From assembly GCA_048885525.1 (NCBI GenBank), contig JBHLLP010000007.1, forward strand, positions 1 to 64,000: a stretch of DNA of 64,000 nt, read 5' to 3'. The notes below the pieces were generated by a model. It searched no databases, had not been told where the DNA came from, and saw only the letters and a list, made by a program, of their open reading frames with translations. Shown here piece after piece: positions 41,215 to 49,471 of the stretch. The translations under genes were made by a program, and so were the position numbers. Numbering within the stretch: position 1 is the first letter of the stretch; each line of letters starts with the position of its first letter. This DNA comes from Candidatus Hermodarchaeota archaeon. GTDB taxonomy: Archaea; Asgardarchaeota; Lokiarchaeia; Sigyniarchaeales; SOKP01.

Positions 41215-41352
41215 GTGAACATAAAGCGAAATAAAGAGAAGAAAGAATTCGTGGAAGAAGAGGATTGGGATGAAATCGTAAAATACGATGATGATGAAGA
41301 CTGGGATGAAGATTGGGAAGATTTTGAAGACTTAAAAGAAGATTTTTACTAA
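41215..41352 (+). CDS. Small acidic Trp-rich protein (45 aa, missing from the ORF track)
   Basis: GAGGT SD at 41203-41207, GTG start: MNIKRNKEKKEFVEEEDWDEIVKYDDDEDWDEDWEDFEDLKEDFY*; purine-rich island in AT-rich intergenic DNA. Confidence 0.7.
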   Translation: MNIKRNKEKKEFVEEEDWDEIVKYDDDEDWDEDWEDFEDLKEDFY

Positions 41353-41447
41353 TTGATTTCAGTATGACTTCAATTCTAAATCTATTCATTTATAACTCAA
41401 AGAAGGCTTAATTTAATTAACTTTTTTAATAAATAATTTAATAAATT

Positions 41448-42131
41448 GTGATATTAAATTTAAACAAGAAAATGGAAAATCAAACTTATTTAGCAATCCT
41501 AATATTAATCGGTGGAAAAAGCACTCGTTTTGGTCTTGAAAAAGCTATCATTGAATTTTATGGAAAGCCATTAATTTTACATCAAATAGAAATCTTAACA
41601 AAATTTGACCAAGATATATATCTAGTTGCTCATTCTGAAGAACAAATATTTAATTATCGAAAGCAAATAGAATTTCCAAAAGATATTAATTTTATTGTAG
41701 ATGATAGAGATATTTTTGAACATCCTAAAATCTATAAACCAATGTTAGGTATCTATTCTGGTTTTAAAGAACTAAGTAAATTAGGTTTTGAAAAAGTATT
41801 TCTATTATCATGTGATATGCCCCTTATTAATCCAGAAGTAATTAATTTAATGATTAATGAATCCCAAGGATATGATTGTTGTATTCCAAGATGGAAAAAT
41901 GGTTTTTTAGAACCTTTTTTTGCAATTTATCCTGTTGAAAAAGGATTTCAAAAAGCTAAAGAAATTTTAATTAATGAAAATTATGGACTAATAAATTTTA
42001 TAGATACGAATTGGAAAATAAACTATATTTCAGTAGAAAATTCTATTCAACCTTTAGATAAGAATTTATCAAGTTTAATAAATATTAATGGACCAATAGA
42101 TCTGGTTAAATTAATAAAATTATATAAATAA
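41448..42131 (+). CDS. mobA: Molybdenum cofactor guanylyltransferase
   Basis: ILIGGKSTRFG.EK, LSCDMP, EPFFAIY, NINGP.D. Confidence 0.88.
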   Translation: MILNLNKKMENQTYLAILILIGGKSTRFGLEKAIIEFYGKPLILHQIEILTKFDQDIYLVAHSEEQIFNYRKQIEFPKDINFIVDDRDIFEHPKIYKPMLGIYSGFKELSKLGFEKVFLLSCDMPLINPEVINLMINESQGYDCCIPRWKNGFLEPFFAIYPVEKGFQKAKEILINENYGLINFIDTNWKINYISVENSIQPLDKNLSSLININGPIDLVKLIKLYK

Positions 42132-42171
42132 AATTTGTTATAAAAAGAAATTTAAAAATTCGGTTAATAGA

Positions 42172-42582
42172 ATGAATGGAAATGATAATAAATACAATAA
42201 GTTGGAAAATAACATTATATATATAAAAGAGAATTTTAAGAAAAAAGGAAAAGAATATGGTATTATGAAATTAAATAAAAGACAAATTAACGCACTAGTA
42301 GAATGCATAGATTTACAATCTGTATCTCCTTTAATTTCTCCAAAATTTAGTCAAAGAATTGAACAATTTCTATTACCTCGAATTGATGAGATAAGTAGTA
42401 TAATATATTCATTAAAACCATTTCCAGAGGAGTTAGGAATTGAAATATCAAAAGAAAATTATACCGATATTCTTAAAGGTCTTACTTTTAGTAATGTTCT
42501 GATTGGATTAAAGGATAGGGGTTATAATGCTGAAGAATTAAATGCAGCACTTAAAAAAATAATATTTTATAAATATAAATAA
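42172..42582 (+). CDS. Hypothetical protein
   Basis: 136-aa ORF following mobA; start may be downstream. Confidence 0.6.
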   Translation: MNGNDNKYNKLENNIIYIKENFKKKGKEYGIMKLNKRQINALVECIDLQSVSPLISPKFSQRIEQFLLPRIDEISSIIYSLKPFPEELGIEISKENYTDILKGLTFSNVLIGLKDRGYNAEELNAALKKIIFYKYK

Positions 42583-42852
42583 ATTTTTTAAATCTTCAAA
42601 AATTTTTTTCAAATCAAATCTCTACTTCTCTAATAATATATGTTTTTGTTATCTAAGTATTGTAAAATATTAAAAAATAAAAGATATTCAATATTTTTGG
42701 TACATTAATAAACTAAATTATTTGAAGCTATTTTTTAATATTTCCATATACAAATTATATAAGTTAAATTTATATAGCTGATACTACAATTAGAATATTC
42801 AAGATAGTTACTTATTTTTAGTAATTATATTCCGTGAAAAGTGATATTGTAA

Positions 42853-43770
42853 ATGAAAGATTATAGAGAAAAATTGAATCCGAAAGAAAAAACAGAAGAT
42901 AAATGTTGTGAGGACCCTTGTATCGCTCTTAAAGGAGGTAATAAAGTCTGTTTGAATTGTGGATTGGTATTAGATATTCATTTAGTTGAAAATGAAAGAA
43001 GGGCTTATAACAAAGAAGAAATTGAACATAGAAAACAGAATGAGCCTAGATGGAGAGAATTTGGATCCAGAACTGTGCTTCCTAATCACAAATTAGATTA
43101 TAAAGGACATTATCTTAATGCTGAAAAGAAGACTATGTTTTTGCGTTTATCCAAAATTCAAAACTCTTTAATTTCAAGCATAGAAAGAAATTTTTGGGAA
43201 GCAAAACCAAAAATGAACCAACTTACTTCAAAATTAAATATTCCTGAATATATTAATGAAACTGCATGGAAAATTTATTCTCTCGCAGCTAAAAAAAAAT
43301 TAACAATGGGACGCTCAATTGAGGCATTTATTTCTGCTTCTTTATATGTTGCTATTAGGTTCCATGAATTTCCAAAGGTATTAGAAGAAATTAGTGATGC
43401 TGCTTTGGTTCCCCGAAAATCTATAATACATTCATTAAGTTTACTTCTTAAAGAGATTTTACCTGAATTAAACCTTAGTTATAAACCGATTAGTATTAAA
43501 CAATTAATATTCAAATTTGGAAATGAACTAGGGCTTCCAATAGAAATCCAGAAGAATGCTTTACATTTAGTTTCTATTACATCCAAGAAGGGACTCCCGC
43601 TAATAGGTAAAGATCCAAAGGGACTTGCTGCTTCAGCTATTTATTTAGCAGCAAAATCGACTAATAAAAAGATGACCCAAATTGAAGTTGCCAAAGCTGC
43701 TAAAATAACAGAAGTTACCTTAAGATCACGAATAAAAGATTTTAAAAACAAACTTGCTTTAGTTGAGTAA
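42853..43770 (+). CDS. tfb: Transcription initiation factor IIB paralog
   Basis: Zn ribbon CC...CLNCG, two cyclin repeats (GRSIEA, GKDPKGLAA), TQIEVA...TEVTLRSR. Confidence 0.92.
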   Translation: MKDYREKLNPKEKTEDKCCEDPCIALKGGNKVCLNCGLVLDIHLVENERRAYNKEEIEHRKQNEPRWREFGSRTVLPNHKLDYKGHYLNAEKKTMFLRLSKIQNSLISSIERNFWEAKPKMNQLTSKLNIPEYINETAWKIYSLAAKKKLTMGRSIEAFISASLYVAIRFHEFPKVLEEISDAALVPRKSIIHSLSLLLKEILPELNLSYKPISIKQLIFKFGNELGLPIEIQKNALHLVSITSKKGLPLIGKDPKGLAASAIYLAAKSTNKKMTQIEVAKAAKITEVTLRSRIKDFKNKLALVE

Positions 43771-43877
43771 GCAGATAACTCTTGATTTAAAAATTTTTAT
43801 AGACTTATTTTCCTTAAAAAAATCAACTTACTAGTAGTTTAAAAATTGAAAACAAAATAATAAAATAGGTTGAAAAG

Positions 43878-44465
43878 ATGACTATTTTTATTGCTTTGAT
43901 GGAAAATCCATTTTTTTCTCTTATTATTTTACCTTTTTTGATATTTATTGCTCGCGTTTTTGATGTTACACTTGGAACTTTAAGAATAGTTTTTATATCC
44001 CAAGGTAGAAGCAAATTAGCCCCAATTGTTGGTTTTTTTGAAATATTCATTTGGTTATTAGCAATGGGTCAAATTTTCAGTAACTTAACAAATTTTATTT
44101 ATTATTTTGCCTATGCTGCAGGCTTTGCCATGGGTAACTATGTGGGATTAAAAGTCGAAAGTAAAATATCTTTAGGTCTATTAAGTCTACAATTGATCAT
44201 TAGAGATAATCCCGAAAAATTAATAGGCTTATTAAAAGATAATGGTTATAGCTTAACCACAATGTCTGCCGAAGGACCAAAAGGTATAGTTAAATTAGTA
44301 TTACTAATTATTAAACGTAAAAATCTACCAAAAATCCTAGAACTTATACGACAAAATAATCCTAAAGCATTTATTTCAATTGAACAAGTAAAATCTGTAA
44401 GGGGGGGTAACTTTCCTTCACGTTCAAAAACTAGATGGGAACTTTTTAGTAGAAGAAAAAGATAA
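43878..44465 (+). CDS. UPF0316 / DUF2179-DUF5698 membrane protein
   Basis: ARVFDVTLGTLR, GFFEIFIW, YAAGFAMGNYVG, P.AFI. Confidence 0.88.
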   Translation: MTIFIALMENPFFSLIILPFLIFIARVFDVTLGTLRIVFISQGRSKLAPIVGFFEIFIWLLAMGQIFSNLTNFIYYFAYAAGFAMGNYVGLKVESKISLGLLSLQLIIRDNPEKLIGLLKDNGYSLTTMSAEGPKGIVKLVLLIIKRKNLPKILELIRQNNPKAFISIEQVKSVRGGNFPSRSKTRWELFSRRKR

Positions 44466-44722
44466 TGGATTTAATAATTAAAATATACCAATCTAATCTT
44501 CTTAAATATTGATGAAATTAGATTGATGTCATTAAAAACCATTTAATATCGGTTACTGTACAAAAATAATAAATAGTGTTAATAGGTTTTTTCTATTATT
44601 ACCTCTAATTTAAATCCATGAAGAATTGGCTAGTCTTCATTTTTTTGATGTAAAAATATTATTTACAGAATCGATGATAAAAATAGTAATTGTTAATTTA
44701 CTTGACAAATATCATTAAATAA

Positions 44723-47023
44723 ATGATAATTGAGGAATTTAGATTTTCAGATAAAAAAATTTCTCTTGAAAAAAGAGATCAAATTAGCTCTTCCTATAAA
44801 ATTACTTCATATAAAAAAAAATTAACATACATGGAAGAAAAGAAAATTCCTCAAAGAAATTTAAATGATGTTCTTACTCATTTTTTCAATATTAATAAAA
44901 ATATCTCGAATAAAACAAAAAATTCAATATCTAAAATTATTTATTCTCAAAATGATAGAATCTTAATTTTAATTACTCATTTTGGAAAAGAAATTATCTT
45001 AAATCGAGATAGATTGATTAAAGACTATGGATGGTTTTTCTTCATAGAAAAATCTGATAAAAAAGAAAAAAAATTAAAAAAAAAGAAACCAAAAGAAAAA
45101 AAAGAAGCGCGAAAAGAAGAAATTACTATTAGTAAAGAAGAATTTCATTTTGAAGATTTAAAAGTTTCTGTAAAACAAAAAGAGAATATGAGGGCATTAT
45201 ATCGTACAAAAGAATATAATCATTACTTAAAATTAATTAAATCCAAAGAATTGTCACAAATTCCTATAAAAGATTTTCTTAATGACTTTTTCTTTAAAGA
45301 TGAGCTAGTACCCGCTGAAGAAAAAAGGGGAATTAGGAAAATTATCTATTATCAAAAAGAAAAGATTATTGTCATTAAATCTTTAGTAGGAGATGAGATG
45401 TATGAAAATTTAAAAAATTTAGTCAAGAAATATGGGTGGTATTTTTATATCACTGGAGTTACTGTAGGAGATAGTGAACTTTGTATGGCAATTGATAAGA
45501 TAGAAAAAAGATTTGATGTTGAATACTTTTCTAATATCTCTCTTAAAATTGCTACTGATAGAGATATTAGAGTAACAATCTATCCCATTGTTCTTAAACC
45601 GAATCATAATTGTCATATTTTAGGATTAGGAAATCTTAACATCATATTAGATTGCGGTCTTTCAGAGAAAGATGAAGAAAATGAAATTGAAGGAGATCTT
45701 CGTCATATAGAAGATTATCTTAAAAATTTACCACTTTATCTCTTAGAAGAAGAAAAAGTCAGAAAAAATATTACAGCAGATGATCAAGATGATATAATTT
45801 TAGAAACAATTCCAAAAAATCCTAAAATAGATGCTATATATCTTTCACATAGTCATTATGATCATGTTTCTGGGTTAAAGGAATTAATTAAATTATATCC
45901 AGATACTCCTATTTTATGTTCTCGAATAACCCTTGATTTATATCTCCTTAGAGATTCAGGCTTTTTAAAACAAGAAAATCATGAGGAAATTGAAGATGAA
46001 GAATATCGAAATATTATTCGAAATATAATTTATGTTGAAAATGGTACTAAAATAGACTTTAAAGAAAAAAATTGTTTTCTTTCATTTTTCCATGGGGGTC
46101 ATATGCCAGGGGCGTTGATGTTATTAGCAAAAACAGACAATTTTAGATTTCTATATACTGGAGATTATACTTACATCGATATTACACCATTTGCAGGTAC
46201 AAGACGTTTTTTAGAACAAATATCCCGTCCTATAGACTATTTACTTATTGATGGTACTGCTGCTCAGGAAGATTTTGGAAACATATCTGATCAATTTCAT
46301 AGTTTAATTTTATTTTTAGAGCAAAAGGCAGAATATGGAGATAATTCTCTAATTGGGGCAGATCCATCAAGTTTGGCTATAAGTTTCATGTTAATCTTTT
46401 GGCGATATTTTAGAAAACTTCAATTACGGCGTGGTTTCAAGAAACGCCCTAATATTTATGTAGATATGATGGTCAGGAGAAATATCCAAGTTATAAATCA
46501 TCGATATGAGTACATTTATGGTCCAATTTCAAGATTAATAAGAGAAAAGGCTAATCCCTTCAATAGTATAAAATTCAGATGGTTTGATCATACTAATTTG
46601 AATTTTCTACGGAAAAAAAATAATATAATTATTTCGCATCCTCCTGATCTTTCATATGGACTAATAAGAAGTATAATTAATGTAGTAGGACGCAATCCTC
46701 ATAATTTTGTGTTTTTAGCAGGTTCGATTCATGAACAACCAGGATTAGATCTAGTAGAAGGGGCTGAAGAAATAGAATTTTCTGAAACATGGAAAATGCC
46801 ATTTAGAGCTTTATTATTAAATAAATTTGCCCCTCACATAAAAATCAAACTCCATGCTGATAAAAATCAATTACGGGAGATGATAAAAGCACTAGAACCA
46901 AAAGAAGTTTGTTTTTTTCATCAATCTGCCAAAAAATTAATTGAAGTTGCAGAATATGTAAAAGAATTGGGTGTAGAAAAAGTATCATTACCAAGAAAAC
47001 GAAAACTTTTGATATTGAATTAA
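44723..47023 (+). CDS. Metallo-beta-lactamase / beta-CASP-type nuclease with long duplicated N-terminal extension
   Basis: LDCG, SHSHYDH, GHMPGA, YTGD, C-terminal HAD and FFH. Confidence 0.82.
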   Translation: MIIEEFRFSDKKISLEKRDQISSSYKITSYKKKLTYMEEKKIPQRNLNDVLTHFFNINKNISNKTKNSISKIIYSQNDRILILITHFGKEIILNRDRLIKDYGWFFFIEKSDKKEKKLKKKKPKEKKEARKEEITISKEEFHFEDLKVSVKQKENMRALYRTKEYNHYLKLIKSKELSQIPIKDFLNDFFFKDELVPAEEKRGIRKIIYYQKEKIIVIKSLVGDEMYENLKNLVKKYGWYFYITGVTVGDSELCMAIDKIEKRFDVEYFSNISLKIATDRDIRVTIYPIVLKPNHNCHILGLGNLNIILDCGLSEKDEENEIEGDLRHIEDYLKNLPLYLLEEEKVRKNITADDQDDIILETIPKNPKIDAIYLSHSHYDHVSGLKELIKLYPDTPILCSRITLDLYLLRDSGFLKQENHEEIEDEEYRNIIRNIIYVENGTKIDFKEKNCFLSFFHGGHMPGALMLLAKTDNFRFLYTGDYTYIDITPFAGTRRFLEQISRPIDYLLIDGTAAQEDFGNISDQFHSLILFLEQKAEYGDNSLIGADPSSLAISFMLIFWRYFRKLQLRRGFKKRPNIYVDMMVRRNIQVINHRYEYIYGPISRLIREKANPFNSIKFRWFDHTNLNFLRKKNNIIISHPPDLSYGLIRSIINVVGRNPHNFVFLAGSIHEQPGLDLVEGAEEIEFSETWKMPFRALLLNKFAPHIKIKLHADKNQLREMIKALEPKEVCFFHQSAKKLIEVAEYVKELGVEKVSLPRKRKLLILN

Positions 47024-47079
47024 ACAAAAAAACTTTTAGTTAATATTATACTTTTATGCTATAGAGATACAGTATCAAT

Positions 47080-47472
47080 GTGGTGAATAGTATTTATTCT
47101 GAAAAAGTAATGGAACACTTTAGAAATCCCCGAAATATGGGAGAAATGAAAGATGCAGATGCAATTGGGGAGGTAGGTAATCCTGTATGCGGAGATTTAA
47201 TGTATATCTATATAAAAGTTAAAGAAGAAAATGGAAAAGAAATTATTGATGACATCTCCTTTCAAACATTTGGTTGCGCAGCAGCAATTGCGACTTCATC
47301 GATGATAACCGAACTAGCGAAAGGAAAAACTTTGGATGAAGCAATTGAGATTACTCGAGGTGATGTAGCGGATTCTCTGGATGGTTTACCACCTATCAAG
47401 ATGCACTGCAGCAATCTAGCCGCTGATGGATTGCATGACGCGATAAAAAAGTATCGAGAGAAAAAAAAATGA
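47080..47472 (+). CDS. iscU: Fe-S cluster scaffold IscU/NifU-N
   Basis: YSEKVMEHF.NPRN, GNPVCGD, FGCAAAIA, LPPIKMHCS. Confidence 0.96.
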   Translation: MVNSIYSEKVMEHFRNPRNMGEMKDADAIGEVGNPVCGDLMYIYIKVKEENGKEIIDDISFQTFGCAAAIATSSMITELAKGKTLDEAIEITRGDVADSLDGLPPIKMHCSNLAADGLHDAIKKYREKKK

Positions 47473-47575
47473 AAATTTCAAAAAGCCTATTTTGTTTATT
47501 TTAAGTGGATTTTTTCCAGCATTTTAATCTTCAACATTATACCAGATCATTATATCGATATCAACAAAATTAGTA

Positions 47576-48436
47576 GTGAATAGCTATATGAATTTTAATA
47601 AACCAATTATGGATATAATTCGAGAGCGAACTTCTCGTAGAACCTATTCCGGACAACCACTCGAGAAAGAATTGAAGGAAAAAGTATTCACAATATTGGA
47701 AAATCTTGATTATAGTAGTCCATTCAGTAATTATGCTGGAAATTCGAGATTTGAACTAGTTAGTGTTCCAGAATTTGATCCAGGTGAAAAGAAAAAATTG
47801 GGGACCTATGGACTGATTAAGGGAGCGCAAGACTTTATTGTAGGTGCTGTTGAAAAATCCAAGTTTGAACGTGAGCATTTTGGATACCAAATGGAAACAA
47901 TCATATTAAAAGCTACAGATCTAGGTTTAGGGACTTGTTGGTTGGGAGGTTTCTTTAATAAAAGTCTTTTTTCAGCAAAAATAAATATTAGTTCGAATGA
48001 AATTGTTCCTGCTATTACACCTATTGGTTATCCTATTCAAAGAACAATAAAAGAAAAAGTAGTCCGTTCATTCGTTAAAGCCAATAAGCGATTCTCTTGG
48101 GATCGTTTATTTTTTGATGGGAATTTAAATACTCCACTTTCTAGTGGAGAATTAGGAAAATATTCAGAAATGCTTGAAATGGTTAGGCTTGGTCCTTCTG
48201 CCGCTAATAAACAACCTTGGAGAATTATAAAAGGATTAAACAAGAATATATTTCACTTTTATATAGTGAAAACTAAGTCAAGTTATAGTAAATTCCCACC
48301 TTTGGATATCGGAATAGCGGTATGCCACTTTGATCTTACAGCAAAAGAATTAGGAATCAATGGAACCTGGTTGTTTAAGAATCCTCAAATCTTAGGAACA
48401 GAAGATCTTTCTTACGTTATATCCTGGTCAGGATAG
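47576..48436 (+). CDS. Nitroreductase family protein
   Basis: RTSRRTY, LGLGTCWLGG, PSAANKQPW, DIGIAVCHF. Confidence 0.9.
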   Translation: MNSYMNFNKPIMDIIRERTSRRTYSGQPLEKELKEKVFTILENLDYSSPFSNYAGNSRFELVSVPEFDPGEKKKLGTYGLIKGAQDFIVGAVEKSKFEREHFGYQMETIILKATDLGLGTCWLGGFFNKSLFSAKINISSNEIVPAITPIGYPIQRTIKEKVVRSFVKANKRFSWDRLFFDGNLNTPLSSGELGKYSEMLEMVRLGPSAANKQPWRIIKGLNKNIFHFYIVKTKSSYSKFPPLDIGIAVCHFDLTAKELGINGTWLFKNPQILGTEDLSYVISWSG

Positions 48437-48457
48437 ATTCATGTAGGATCATTAAAT

Positions 48458-48901
48458 CTATTCTTTCAATTGAGAAGATTTATATGCTTTTGCGCAATGT
48501 TTACAACAAAAATGCAACTTCTTTCCATTGATCGTTTCTGTATAATAATCTTCATAAAGTTTCACTCCACAACTAGCACAAATTTCTAATTTTGATTGTA
48601 TTGCTACTTCAATTAGATTATCAAATCTTGTGAAAATTCTATCTATAAATTCTATTCCTTCCAAAGTTAATTTATATCCTTTTGACCTTTTCGATTGTTT
48701 TGTTCTGATTTCTTCAATATATCCCTCTTCTTTAAGCTTTTTTAAAAAATCATAGACATATGTTGGACTAGCAGTTTTTTCTAAATCTTTTTTTAATCTA
48801 TCAAGAATGTAATAACCAGTAACTTGTTCTTTTGATTTTAACAAAACTAATGCATATAATTTTGTTAGGTTTTGAACTTTTAAGTCTCCATCTTTGGGCA
48901 T
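48458..48901 (-). CDS. PadR-like wHTH regulator with C-terminal TRASH/YHS metal-sensing domain (probable copper regulator)
   Basis: TGYYIL...SPTYVY..L..L...GYI; CASCG...FCCKHC; divergent from the copA operon. Confidence 0.85.
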   Translation of the reverse strand: MPKDGDLKVQNLTKLYALVLLKSKEQVTGYYILDRLKKDLEKTASPTYVYDFLKKLKEEGYIEEIRTKQSKRSKGYKLTLEGIEFIDRIFTRFDNLIEVAIQSKLEICASCGVKLYEDYYTETINGKKLHFCCKHCAKAYKSSQLKE

Positions 48902-48967
48902 TTCAGATCATTTATACCAATTTTTATATTTAATTTATAAAAAAAAATACTAATATTTAAATATATA

Positions 48968-48993
48968 TCTTTTAGTATATATACTCAAGAGTA
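48968..48993. promoter_or_regulatory. Overlapping palindromes in the divergent regulator/copA promoter (candidate operator)
   Basis: AGTATATATACT (48974-48985) and TACTC-AA-GAGTA (48982-48993). Confidence 0.45.
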
Positions 48994-49022
48994 ATATATT
49001 TATAGAATTTCGAGTTGATGAA

Positions 49023-49352
49023 ATGTTATTTGATGAAAACCATTTTGGACACTACATGATGGATTGGGAATTTGGTAATTGGTTTTATTTGATTTTAAGC
49101 GTGGGTGTAATATTTTTACTTATACTAATTGTGTTATATCTAATTATTAAAAAGAATTTCGATGTTAATCCAGTTAAGAATTCAGCATTTAAGAGTATTG
49201 AATCAAGCGATAGTAAAACTTATTTAGAATATAATGATCAAACAAAAAATCAAAAATTTTCATATTGTTACAATTGTGGAAAAAAACTTGGGACTGATTC
49301 ATCAAAATTTTGTCCATATTGCGGGATGGGACTGCAAAGTGAAATTTTATAA
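49023..49352 (+). CDS. Single-TM protein with His/Met-rich N-terminus and C-terminal zinc ribbon
   Basis: HFGHYMM, TM, CYNCG...CPYCG. Confidence 0.75.
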   Translation: MLFDENHFGHYMMDWEFGNWFYLILSVGVIFLLILIVLYLIIKKNFDVNPVKNSAFKSIESSDSKTYLEYNDQTKNQKFSYCYNCGKKLGTDSSKFCPYCGMGLQSEIL

Positions 49353-49471
49353 AATAATTGAATAAAAATGAATTAATACGAAACCAAAAGAAGGAAATAA
49401 TTTACAATCTATAAACAAAAGGTATATTTATCAAATTTATAATAAAAAATATAGTAGATTGGTGATAATAA

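Noticed and set aside
41207-41389. 60-aa minus-strand ORF from the track
   Set aside because: It is the antisense shadow of the SD-led acidic peptide on the plus strand.
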